From: Stramenopiles sp. TOSAG23-3
Lineage: Eukaryota
Direction of reading: 5' to 3'
Assembly (NCBI GenBank): GCA_900128585.1
Contig: LT642152.1
Location: 1-64,000 of the forward strand
Length of the DNA: 64,000 nt
Shown: positions 20,019 to 30,247 of the stretch, one piece after another
Position numbering within the stretch: position 1 is the first letter of the stretch
Layout: each line of letters starts with the position of its first letter
Position numbers and translations under genes: made by a program
The notes under the pieces: generated by a model
The model's database searches: none
Seen by the model: only the letters and a program-made list of their open reading frames with translations
What the model was told of the DNA's origin: nothing

Positions 20019-20228
20019 TTTCTTCTTCTTCCCCACTTTTTACTCATCGAAGTTTTTTTAGACCTGTTGAACTAACCCGTCGACCGACATTTTTTGCTCA
20101 GTACGCAGCGGCACGCATGCATGCGTTTTGAACCCTGGGTTCAGGAACCAGACTGAATACTACCGTAAGTAAAGGAAGACTTGTCTTGAAACCCACCCTC
20201 CGGAGAGCGGGACCCCCACTTTGACTTG

Positions 20229-20313
20229 TCTGTGATGACACCTAATCAATTGAAGATGACGCAGATTAAAGTCCTGTGTCTCACAACGTGTTGTTTGATC
20301 GATAGGCCTGAGA
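20229..20313 (+). ncRNA. Box C/D snoRNA with an LSU guide to GCCUAUCGAUC
   Basis: Box C GTGATGA 20232, box D CTGA 20308, preceded by the 11-nt guide GATCGATAGGC. Confidence 0.75.
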
Positions 20314-20407
20314 ATAATTCAAATCCGAAAGACAAAGTGCCCCCCCTCCGCTCCACTCTCGAACCCCGTTTCTGTCCTTTTCGGACGTTTGGTGTTGCTC
20401 TTTTCCT

Positions 20408-20492
20408 TGAATGATGACTTATGCTTCGGGCGGACTTAGTTTGATACCAAACGTTGCTGATACGAAGCTGTGTACAAACTGTTTTTCTGACT
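20408..20492 (+). ncRNA. Box C/D snoRNA, snR70/SNORD43-like (18S Cm1639 equivalent)
   Basis: Box C ATGATGA 20411; guide CGGGCGG 20427-20433 with D' CTTA; second element TGTGTACAAA 20469-20478. Both are complementary to 18S UUUGUACACACCGCCCG. Box D CTGA 20487. Confidence 0.8.
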
Positions 20493-21376
20493 TTCGATTA
20501 GGAGCACCCACCGTAGACGACCGATCTGTCTTCCTATGGCATGGCATTCTATCTTTCTGTAAAAAATACCATTTGAGCTGTTCTAACAACATATGCAACT
20601 TTTCACAGTGTACGAAGTCAAAGGAATCCATTCATATGTACATGTGTTTTACATTTTAACGTGGGTTTTATCCCACAAATACTTTTTTCTTATAAAAAAT
20701 ATTACGTAGCACTTTATAATAAAAAAACAAAAACTCAATTATTATGATCTAATATGTTATATCTAATTTTTAGGTTTTTTTTGGTGAGAGTAGATCGATC
20801 ATTTACTGTACGATGTAGTAATTATTAGATACTTGGATAGACTACGGTACTACTACAAAAAATAAAAAAAAATAATTGGAAGAAAGAAGGAAAGGAACTG
20901 ATTGTTGTTCGTTATAATATAATAGAGTCAATTCCAGTTAAATTATACATATTGTAGTCTACATATAGTACATATAGTACTTGTATGTTTTAGGATGATT
21001 ATTAAAGCTTTAAGAGCCACACGATTTGCCTTTTCTGAGAAATGTTACAATGCTGTGGTCTGTTGTGGATTACATATACACAATACCATTAAGCAAGTAA
21101 AGGCAGGGGGGGGAAAATTTTCTTACTTTGGTGTTTTTGGACACAGAGAAGAAAGGAATGGCTTGTCCTTCTTTTGGGAAAAGTATGGTGCGAAGTTTCG
21201 AAACGGAACCAGGAGCAGCTCCGTCTTTTGGTTTACATGCTTAGAGGTGTACATCTGTATTCAATGATAAAAAATCATTATGTTTTTTTACGAATTAAGA
21301 GACAGTAACGCACGATGAATCGAGCTTTTAGCAAAGTTCCCCGCGCACTCTCTCCACGCACAAGAGGGTGGTGAAC

Positions 21377-21835
<459 letters not shown>

Positions 21836-22655
21836 TTATTTGTTTTTTTGTGTATTAAATTTGTTTTAATTGATGTGCAAAAGTTTCCTCTACCACCACT
21901 TCTGTTAACTTTTGCATGTTTCACTACGTTGGGTATGCTGGGGGGGGGAAGGGAGGTAGGGAATGATGCAACGCACACATCTGAAATTTATCTGGTTGGT
22001 ACTGTGTTACTGTATGTAAGGCAAAAAAAAGGGAAGGGAAGATTAACAAAAAATCGGGCCGGAAGAAGCAGTGAATTCTCAATGCTGTGTTCATGCTTCA
22101 ACACAGCAGAGGGTCTTTTTTTAAAAGTTGTCCGTTTAACATAGAAATACAATTGAAAAAAAAGTAGAAAACAATGGATCTTCCATCAATGCTGTAAAGC
22201 TGTATTACCAAAGCTACGGCTAGCTTTGGTCAAACTGATTTTAACGATATTTTGTTTTCAACCGCTGATTTTTTATAACTAATAGGGTAATAGCAGTTAA
22301 AACAAAACTTGTTTTCCAACTAAAAAAAGAGATAACGACGGATTTTTTAAATATTTTTCTTTCTTTCTTTCTTTGTTTCTTTCCTGATTTCTTATTATTT
22401 TGTTTTAAATTTAATTTTAAAGCTTTTTAGCTTTGGTATTTTAAGTGAGAAGTGTGGAGTGTTCGTTCGTGAAACGCAAAAAATGAAGAATGAAATGCCC
22501 GAAGAAACCCAAACCAAACCCGAAAATAGAAAAGAAGTTATACTTCGCATTCTCGAAGCTTCAGTAAATTTAAGTATAAAAATTAGAGTACATTATATAT
22601 TCCTATCGTTACAATGAGCATTAACAAGTACAAAATTAGATTACATTCGTTTTGG

Positions 22656-24302
22656 CTATAAGATGATGAATCTTCGAAGCTTAGAGTTTACTTTCAAGGT
22701 TGAAATTGGGCATTTTGTGTTGGACTGTTTCAACGCCCAATCGTTCAGTTTTTGTTCCATGCGAGCAACGACAGGTGCATATTTGGCAATACGAGCCACG
22801 TTCTTTGTTTCACCAGGGTCTAACTTTAAATCAAACAATAGGGGCGGGAGTTTGTGGAAATGAATGTATTTGAATCGGTCTTCGCGAAGAACTGTAATGC
22901 CGCATTCCTCAACGCTGATGCCCAACGACTTTGCCCATTTTAGATGGGGCTCTTCTCTGTGCCACCCCCACGCGGAGTAGTTGTATTCAAAAATAGCGCA
23001 GTCCCTCTGGCGTAGCGCTTCACCCTCGCCACGAATCGCTGGTAAAAGGCTCCTGCCGTTCACATTTGATGGGGAAGCACCAGTTAAGAATTCAACAATC
23101 GTAGGCCCAATGTCGATCGATTCCGAAAACTTTGATATTCTTTGCCCCTTTGATGATTTGGAGAACGGGTCGACGACGATCAGGGGAATGTGGAAAGACT
23201 CTTCGAAGAATCCCAGTTTTCCACATAGACCGTGGTCGTATAGCTGCTCCCCATGGTCGCACGTGAACACCACCAATGTGTTTTCACTTTCTCCCGTACT
23301 TTTCAAACACTCGAACAATTTCCCAAGGCACGTGTCGAGCTCCGTCAACAGGGCGAAGTATGCAGACATTGCTAATAGTTTCCGTTTCTTCGACAAGTTT
23401 CGAGCCGTCCCAGACGCACCATGGTGCGCGTAATCGTTCGGGACCGTGTGCAAAAATTGAAGCCATGGGTGCTCATCGGTGTCTTCCCCGGCCAACTCCG
23501 CGCTGGCGCCCTGCAGAGCCGAGTTTTTTTCTTTCAGGAGGTCTTCAATATCGTCCGGATGGTACAGTTCATTGAATGGGTAAGGGGCGGTCCAGGGTGG
23601 GTGAGGTTTTAGCAAGCTCAAATGCAGGGCCCAAGGCCTCCCGCCGCGGCTCTCCTCTTCTATGAAACCGATCGAACGTTGTACTAATATCGAAGCGTCC
23701 GAGTTTTCAGCGTCGTACAACGCGGGCGCGGAGTACCCCTTTCCCGTAGACTGCAGGTCTGCCTTGTTGCTCCTGGCCAACCATTCGACGGATCCTCGGT
23801 ACCCGTTCCAATTTCTCTTCTTTTTGAAAATACGATCGTCGTCTGGGAGGTGGAGAACTTCCTTCAACCATGGCCGTGATCCCATGTAATCCGTGTCTGA
23901 AATGCGCGTCAGCCCATCCAAATAACCCCCGTCCCAATGAACTTGCGCCTCTTCCACGCCAGAAGGCCCCAACAGATCGATCGTCTGGTCGACGTACCCA
24001 ATAAGCCTGGGAGATAATTTCGGCGATCTGATGGCCTGTGCCCAGTTCGAGAGCTTGCTGCGCAGCGGCACTCCGTTGTCGTACACACCGTGATTTCGCG
24101 CATACATGGACGTGTGCAGACTGGCACGCGCAGGACCGCACGGCGCAGCCTGGTTAAAGTGCTTTTCAAACGTAACACCTTCTCCCGCGAGCCTGTCTAA
24201 ATTAGGGGTCTTTACGAATTTTGCATACTTTGAGCCTTTTAAAATGCAGTCGGCACGAAGCTGGTCCGCTGTTATAAACAACACATTTTTTTTTCCGCTC
24301 AT
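22656..24302 (-). CDS. Sulfatase-family enzyme, phosphonate monoester hydrolase-like
   Basis: NVLFITADQLRAD, VKTPNLDRLA, CGPARASL (CxPxR), KPHPPW, DHGEQL.DH, SFHIPLIVVDP, ESIDIGPT, PLLFDLKLDPGE. Confidence 0.9.
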   Translation of the reverse strand: MSGKKNVLFITADQLRADCILKGSKYAKFVKTPNLDRLAGEGVTFEKHFNQAAPCGPARASLHTSMYARNHGVYDNGVPLRSKLSNWAQAIRSPKLSPRLIGYVDQTIDLLGPSGVEEAQVHWDGGYLDGLTRISDTDYMGSRPWLKEVLHLPDDDRIFKKKRNWNGYRGSVEWLARSNKADLQSTGKGYSAPALYDAENSDASILVQRSIGFIEEESRGGRPWALHLSLLKPHPPWTAPYPFNELYHPDDIEDLLKEKNSALQGASAELAGEDTDEHPWLQFLHTVPNDYAHHGASGTARNLSKKRKLLAMSAYFALLTELDTCLGKLFECLKSTGESENTLVVFTCDHGEQLYDHGLCGKLGFFEESFHIPLIVVDPFSKSSKGQRISKFSESIDIGPTIVEFLTGASPSNVNGRSLLPAIRGEGEALRQRDCAIFEYNYSAWGWHREEPHLKWAKSLGISVEECGITVLREDRFKYIHFHKLPPLLFDLKLDPGETKNVARIAKYAPVVARMEQKLNDWALKQSNTKCPISTLKVNSKLRRFIIL

Positions 24303-24662
24303 CCCAAAGACTGTTCTCTTTGGTGAGTCTTTTGATGCGTTTCGTTGCTCTACGGGCTAATAAAGAAATTTTTATTTATCGTTGTTTGGTATTTTGAAGT
24401 GAATACTTGCCGAATGTTAAATGAATACGCTCATCATCTCAAATTTTATTAGGATAGAAGAAAAAGAATAAATACGCGACGATGGATGAGAGGAACACAA
24501 CTTGCAGAAGAGAAGAAGAAGAAACAGACCAATTATTTATTTGCGAATTTAATAAGGTAAACCCTTAAACTTACTAGGAAAACCGCCGGTATTATTTATT
24601 ATCAAGTGTTAAACGAGGTTGAGGAAAATATACAATTAAGGATTATTCTTCTTTTTTGTTGA

Positions 24663-25760
24663 TCACTGCGATGGCATTGCCGCATACAAGGCATCGTGCA
24701 GGGGTATACTTTTTGAGCGTACGTTAAACTCTTCGATTTGGCAATTGATGTATTCTTTGTGGAGAAGGGTAAACAGAATCTGCGCCCATGTATCAGGAAG
24801 TCCGGGAAGGCACCACACGCACCTGTCCCTGGTGGAACTCGGTGGGAACGCCCCAGGCCATGAAACAGAAAAGTTGCCAACATTGAACAGAAAAAACTTC
24901 AGCTTGGCGCTGTTGTGGGAGTGGAATGCACGCTCCCATATTTCTTGGGCTGGGAGAGGCATTGCCATTTCGGCCCTTGTAGAGGCTTTCGGGCACTTTC
25001 TTGAGTTTGGCCCGACGAAGAGGACCACGCGCCCGTGAAACCTTTCGTTGATTTGGGTCACCAAAGGGTCTACCTTGTTCGCATAACTGGCCTCGTTTTC
25101 CCATTCACTCAAGGGCTCCCAATCTGGGGCAATAATTATAGTTTTGAAACGTTGAACGGATTGCAACCAGTTTAAAGGCTCCAAGCTGCTCAAGTGCCGG
25201 TATTCAATCTCCCCTTCCTTCACATCCACCAAAGATTTCCAGGCCATCGCAAGATTTTCCACCATCTTGTCACCGAGAAACAGAACCGGGGACAAACACG
25301 GGTTGTTCACCATTTCCGCAGCATGGCCTGGGTTAAATCGGAGCAGGGAACACCCAGAAGGTGAAAAACGGTGCCTGTTCCCGACAATATTCTTCATCTT
25401 TTGCGCCGCGCCGCACATAAACTTCGTCCCGGTTGTGTTCATCTGGTAGACCGTAGACACGCCCATAGGGTCAAGCGTATTGTACCACGCTTTCCAATTG
25501 CAGTTATTGTGCCGGCGCACCCACTGGCCGCTTAATCTCGCAAGTTGATGAAAGGAGCACAAGTTCAAACTATCTTGGTCCGAGAGTTTCACACCTGGCA
25601 AATAGTCACAAAATTCCGACAGCACCTCCCTTGGCTTGTTCGTCCGAATAGGGGAGCGCCCGTTGGCGTTCTCTCGTACAAAAGCGTGATCTGCCCCAGC
25701 CCACCTACAGCCTACAGACACAATGTAGAAGAACACGACTAGTTTCCACCGCTCTACCAT
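24663..25760 (-). CDS. Secreted TBL/PC-esterase-like protein, probably catalytically degenerate
   Basis: Signal peptide, PSGCSLLRFNP, VLFLGDKM (GDS position) and DRCVWCLPGLPDTW (DxxHWCLPGxxDxW position). Confidence 0.7.
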   Translation of the reverse strand: MVERWKLVVFFYIVSVGCRWAGADHAFVRENANGRSPIRTNKPREVLSEFCDYLPGVKLSDQDSLNLCSFHQLARLSGQWVRRHNNCNWKAWYNTLDPMGVSTVYQMNTTGTKFMCGAAQKMKNIVGNRHRFSPSGCSLLRFNPGHAAEMVNNPCLSPVLFLGDKMVENLAMAWKSLVDVKEGEIEYRHLSSLEPLNWLQSVQRFKTIIIAPDWEPLSEWENEASYANKVDPLVTQINERFHGRVVLFVGPNSRKCPKASTRAEMAMPLPAQEIWERAFHSHNSAKLKFFLFNVGNFSVSWPGAFPPSSTRDRCVWCLPGLPDTWAQILFTLLHKEYINCQIEEFNVRSKSIPLHDALYAAMPSQ

Positions 25761-26081
25761 TCTTTCACAAATCAAAACCACAAATATCTATATGTAAAGT
25801 TTTGTTACGTTTTGAACTACGTTATCCTTACTACTATTTCACTAAAAATGAAAAGATCTTTACAAAATCTAACGAACCACTGACTATAATAATTCGTCCC
25901 AGCCAGTAGTAAGTCTAGCTGTCTTGAAACAATCATATCAATATTTACAACACCACTCATGCGCATCCCACGGCATCATCAATCACCATTAAATAATATA
26001 TAAGAAGCTAGAGGGAGTTGTTTTAAATAGTACCATAGTATTATAGTTTGTTGTATACTAAATATAATTTGTTTTTATAGT

Positions 26082-26230
26082 TTGTTGTCTTCTTTCTTCT
26101 TTTCTTCTTCTTTTCTTCTTTTCTTCTTTCTTCTTCTATTCTTTCTTTTTTTCTTCTTTTCTTCTTTCTTTTCTTCTTTTCTTCTTTCTTTTCTTCTTTT
26201 CTTCTTTTCTTCTTTCTTCTATTCTTCTTC
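26082..26230. repeat. TTC/TTTC low-complexity microsatellite
   Basis: Almost pure pyrimidine degenerate repeat. Confidence 0.9.
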
Positions 26231-26781
26231 TAAAAAAAGCAGCAGCAGTTTTTCCTTCTTTTTCTTTCTATTGTATTACCTTGGTATCTCTTTTTCTCCC
26301 TTGTTGCTCTCCCTTCCAGATGATTTTATTGCCTTCTTCTTCTTTGTTATTATTATAGACAAATATGTTAAATACATTAATAAATGTATAATTGGAATAA
26401 TTTTATGTATTATTAATACATTATATTGAAGTACTATCTATGTAGTATACCTAAATTCCAGTATATAATTTGTTCTCAAGAGAAGAAGAACTTCCTTCTT
26501 CAAAAAAAAAATAAAAAAGTCAGTCCGTCCGGAGTAACAAAATACTTATGTCATATATATATAAACGAAAAAAACAATGTATGGTAATGTTAGTATATTA
26601 AAACGTTTAATGTATATATATATATATGTATATAGTGATTATAAAAAGTGAATGAATTTAAATTTAAGAAGTCAACAATGGTAAGGATTAGTTGATTTTA
26701 AATCTTAAGCACGCGAGATTGTGCTGAATTGAAAAGCAACCTGTGGGGAGGGAAGAAAGGGTGAAGGGTTGGTACGGCAGA

Positions 26782-26988
26782 ATGACTGATGTTTTGCCAG
26801 CGAGTGCGCCTTGGTACGACAAGCTCTTGATTGATATAGTACTGGAACCAGGGCCTTATCTGGGATGGTTGGCCGTAATTTTTGTGCCCCTCTTTTCGAT
26901 CGCTATGTATACCACGCTGGTTATGCTGAACGGGGAAGTGAAGCGGCTCGGGAAAAAAAGTAGGAAGAAGGCAAAAAAAGATAACTAG
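26782..26988 (+). CDS. Small single-pass membrane protein, unknown function
   Basis: 68-aa ORF in a GC-richer island; TM segment YLGWLAVIFVPLFSIAMYTTLVML and a basic tail. Confidence 0.55.
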   Translation: MTDVLPASAPWYDKLLIDIVLEPGPYLGWLAVIFVPLFSIAMYTTLVMLNGEVKRLGKKSRKKAKKDN

Positions 26989-27270
26989 CGCTTGCAATGA
27001 AACGCGCAAGAATTCTTACCACAATTTGTCAGCACAATAAAAAATAAAACCACATGTATTTTATAATAGTATGCTTTAAGACTCTCTCACTTGATACCAA
27101 TCGTTGTTTCAATAATACATTTTTTGTATTTAAATATAAAATATTTTAAACGCACATAGGTCACGTTAGTAAAAATGTCTCTTAATAAACATTTCATTAC
27201 TAAATACTGATATGATATCATATTCATAATAAATTGTAATTTGTTTAGGTTAAGATAATTATCCTCTCTA

Positions 27271-27299
27271 TAAAAAAAACAAGAAAATTGGCTGTTATT
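27271..27299 (-). promoter_or_regulatory. Recurrent 3'-flank element
   Basis: Plus strand AAAACAAGAAAATTGGCTGTTATT, about 120 nt past the stop of the minus-strand gene ending at 27420. Confidence 0.5.
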
Positions 27300-27419
27300 T
27301 AAGTAATTATTTTATTTATTTTACACACACTAAAATTTGAAATTTCGATTTTTAAAAATGATGTTCTGAGTTTGGCGCAAATTTCTTGTCAGCTTAAATG
27401 GAGATGATTATTTGAGATT

Positions 27420-29345
27420 TTAATCAATGTCATCAATTGGGTCGTCTTTTGACGATCCTTTGGGTTTTTCGATTATAACAGTTGGCGCCTGTTTCTTTGG
27501 TTTTGTCAACGCGGACAAATCGATGTCCGTCAGGTCATCGTCCCCATAGCCCCACTCGTCCACTTCATCGTTCGCGGGGGCTGCGGAAGCCTTGCTGCTC
27601 GACGCACCTGCGGTGTCCGTCAGCAAAAGGTCCCCGTTCGCTTTTTTACCCGTCAACATCAGGGTCATCTCTTTGTTGCCCTTGAACCGGGCGTTTTCAA
27701 GCTTATTGATGAGGCTGTACTTTCCGTCTTTCTTGCTATCGTATTTGATGCCATAACTTGCACACACTGCCTTCAGCTCCTCCGTTTCCATCGTGTGCAA
27801 ATTTGATGGCAAGTCTTCATTGTCCACGTCGCCAATCCCCGCGGTATCGTAGCCAACATCCGTCGTCTCCAGCGCGTCTTTGTGCGCGCCGCTGGTCAGC
27901 AGCAGGGTTTTCTTTTGCCGCAAATGCTTTGCTAGTCGCCCTATCAGTTCTGTCTTCGGGTCACTCGTTTTCGTCTCCGTGCTAAGGCCGTTCAATTCGC
28001 ACTGGTTTCGAAGAATCCGTTCGTTCAGCATCCAAAGTTGCCCCACCTGCCGGCCGCTCATTTCCCAGGTCTTCAACATCATGGCGTCCTCTTGGGCAGA
28101 CTGTTTGCTCTGCTTGCTGTGCCTTTCTGCCTCCAGGCGTCGCAGTTTGGCCTGGTAGCTCTTGATCTTTGCGGCATCGTTACAGCCAATCAGGTGCGCG
28201 CGGGCAGGGCCTATTTTCTCGCCCTTTGCTGCTTTTTGCGGCAGTTCCGCGCGGGTAATCCCACAACGAGGGCAAACTTCAATTAACCCTTTCACGAACA
28301 ATCGTTCGTTGTCGTTCAGTTTCTCAGCATGCGACTTTTTAAAAGCTTGGCTGGGTTCCCTCTGCGTGTAACGGTTTGCCCGCCTCTGCCGCTGGGCTCG
28401 TTTTCGAGCAGCATTTTCTTGCATTTCTTTTGCCTCGATCCGCACTTCCCGCTCACGGCGCTCGCTGCAATCAAAATACCAGAACCCAAACGCCTTTTTG
28501 CAACTCGGATTTCCGCACAATATTTTGCGGTGGTAATCTTCGGGATCGTAATCGAACTTATTGTTGCACCGGGGGCAATAATGGTCTGCTGTCATTGCCC
28601 CAAATTGGCAGGCGCATCTTCCGCAGACGTACTGTTTGATTGCTTGCATGAAAAAATTGTACGAAGGTTTCTCCAATCCCAGCTGTGCGGCGCCCCATCG
28701 GATGTGGCACCGCGGACAGTGAATTCTGGTCTTGTAACAACCATCGTTGGACCGCTGCACGCGCTCCACCTTTCGCCGCTTTCCCTTGTTGGCATCGGTG
28801 TCGTCGTCTGTTTGCGGGCTGGACAAAGTCTCGAAGGCGACGACAAGGCACTGGAATGCACCCTTCGCCTCTGCGGAGCCTTGGTGCTTGTCTGGATGGA
28901 TGTGCCGACTAAGTTTCAAATACGCTTTCCGCATGGTTGCCGTGCTGGACGTGGCAGTTATTACGACACCGGACAAAGACAGAAGCGCCGCGTGCTCATC
29001 GGCAAGCTCCGTTACCTTTTTGATGAGCATCTTTGGGGAAATCTTCGATGCTCCTGCGTCCTCCGCCGCTTTTTTATCCTCGGAGTTGCCGGCGTTGTGC
29101 TCCTGCAAATATTTTGCGAGGCGCATGACGAGCTCATCCTTTACTCCAACCGGGGACAACCCGCTCTGAGCCAAAGTCTTTTTGATTGCACCAGTTGTCA
29201 TTTTTCGCACTTTGATCGCTTCGTCAAAATTCAAACACAGGGAGTTGTGTCCTTTACGGCAGCCACACGCAGGTGTACAGGAGGCCCCGGCCTTTGAGCA
29301 CGGGCACTTTTTGCAAGCTCCCATCTTCGTACATTTGCATGGCAT
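27420..29345 (-). CDS. Multidomain protein: CXC-like Cys cluster, SAP-like motifs, J domain, zinc ribbons
   Basis: CKCTKMGACKKCPC...CTPACGC; LAQSGLSPVGVKDELVMRL (SAP); MRKAYLKLSRHIHPDK (J domain, HPD); several CxxC pairs. Confidence 0.85.
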   Translation of the reverse strand: MPCKCTKMGACKKCPCSKAGASCTPACGCRKGHNSLCLNFDEAIKVRKMTTGAIKKTLAQSGLSPVGVKDELVMRLAKYLQEHNAGNSEDKKAAEDAGASKISPKMLIKKVTELADEHAALLSLSGVVITATSSTATMRKAYLKLSRHIHPDKHQGSAEAKGAFQCLVVAFETLSSPQTDDDTDANKGKRRKVERVQRSNDGCYKTRIHCPRCHIRWGAAQLGLEKPSYNFFMQAIKQYVCGRCACQFGAMTADHYCPRCNNKFDYDPEDYHRKILCGNPSCKKAFGFWYFDCSERREREVRIEAKEMQENAARKRAQRQRRANRYTQREPSQAFKKSHAEKLNDNERLFVKGLIEVCPRCGITRAELPQKAAKGEKIGPARAHLIGCNDAAKIKSYQAKLRRLEAERHSKQSKQSAQEDAMMLKTWEMSGRQVGQLWMLNERILRNQCELNGLSTETKTSDPKTELIGRLAKHLRQKKTLLLTSGAHKDALETTDVGYDTAGIGDVDNEDLPSNLHTMETEELKAVCASYGIKYDSKKDGKYSLINKLENARFKGNKEMTLMLTGKKANGDLLLTDTAGASSSKASAAPANDEVDEWGYGDDDLTDIDLSALTKPKKQAPTVIIEKPKGSSKDDPIDDID

Positions 29346-30247
29346 CTTTGAACCAGTGGGTTAAAAGCTAAACTCCGTTTGGGTGTAGAACTGGAACGAT
29401 AATCAGCAACTTTACTAAAAAACAACTGCACTCACTAACTGTACATAGGAAAACGCTTATTTGTGTCGGGGTGTATGTTTCACTGAGAGAATATATTATG
29501 TTATTCGTACTGTAATATAATGTATACATCGATCTTACGACCCAACATTCAACATTCAAAATCGGAGATAGAAGAAGATGGGCGGCTCGGCGGTTGGCGG
29601 TCGTGGCAGTGGTGGGGAACCACCCTATTATTTTGTAGTCTAACAACAATGTTCTCTGGTTGTGTGGTGTAATAAAGAAGTGGTAAAAAATTCCCCACCA
29701 TTTACGAGTACATCGTACATCATCATCATTGTCTCCGAGATAAGCCACTTAAAATTAAGGATATGTGTTTATAGGGATAACTGGTATAAGACCCTTTTGG
29801 TATGATAAGGCTATATGTGTAAAGGGATTTAGATGAAATCATTTATTGATATTAATTATAACCATAAATAGAATTAAAAAAGTGATAACGTATTCATACT
29901 TTATATATACACAGCATCTATAATCTTTATATATATATATCCTTAATTAAATTGAGAGTACCGAGTGTGGAGAGCCACCACACCACTGAAATCTTTAATG
30001 ACATTAGTATTTATGTTCACTTGCTATAAGGATGTTAAAATAAATCATTTTCGTTGTTTTCGTCGTACGTTTTCTTCTTCTTCTTGTTGTTTTCTTTTCT
30101 CATTCTTGTGTGTCCACCGCCACCTCAATATGTACGATGTAGAATATTAGAGGGAATCTTGGATTGTATTACGATCCCCCCCGAGACTCGCAAAAGCACA
30201 CCATTCGTCCTAATCGAAGTTTCACCCCCTTGGAAACGTATAATTTG

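Larger units (their letters stand above)
19049..20608 (+). ncRNA. Non-coding, multi-intron snoRNA host gene (introns about 19049-19561, 19633-20101/20108, 20165-20608)
   Basis: GTAAGT donors at 19049, 19633 and 20165; CTAAC branch sites near 19539, 20072 and 20583, each followed by YAG. Short exons with no long ORF. Confidence 0.75.

Noticed and set aside
18907-20659. Short ORFs in the 18.9-20.7 kb region as protein genes
   Set aside because: They cross snoRNAs and splice signals, and the predicted spliced product stops early.
26082-26429. Phe/Ser-rich or Lys/Arg-rich ORFs here and at 52741-52989 and 50787-51062
   Set aside because: Translations of microsatellites.
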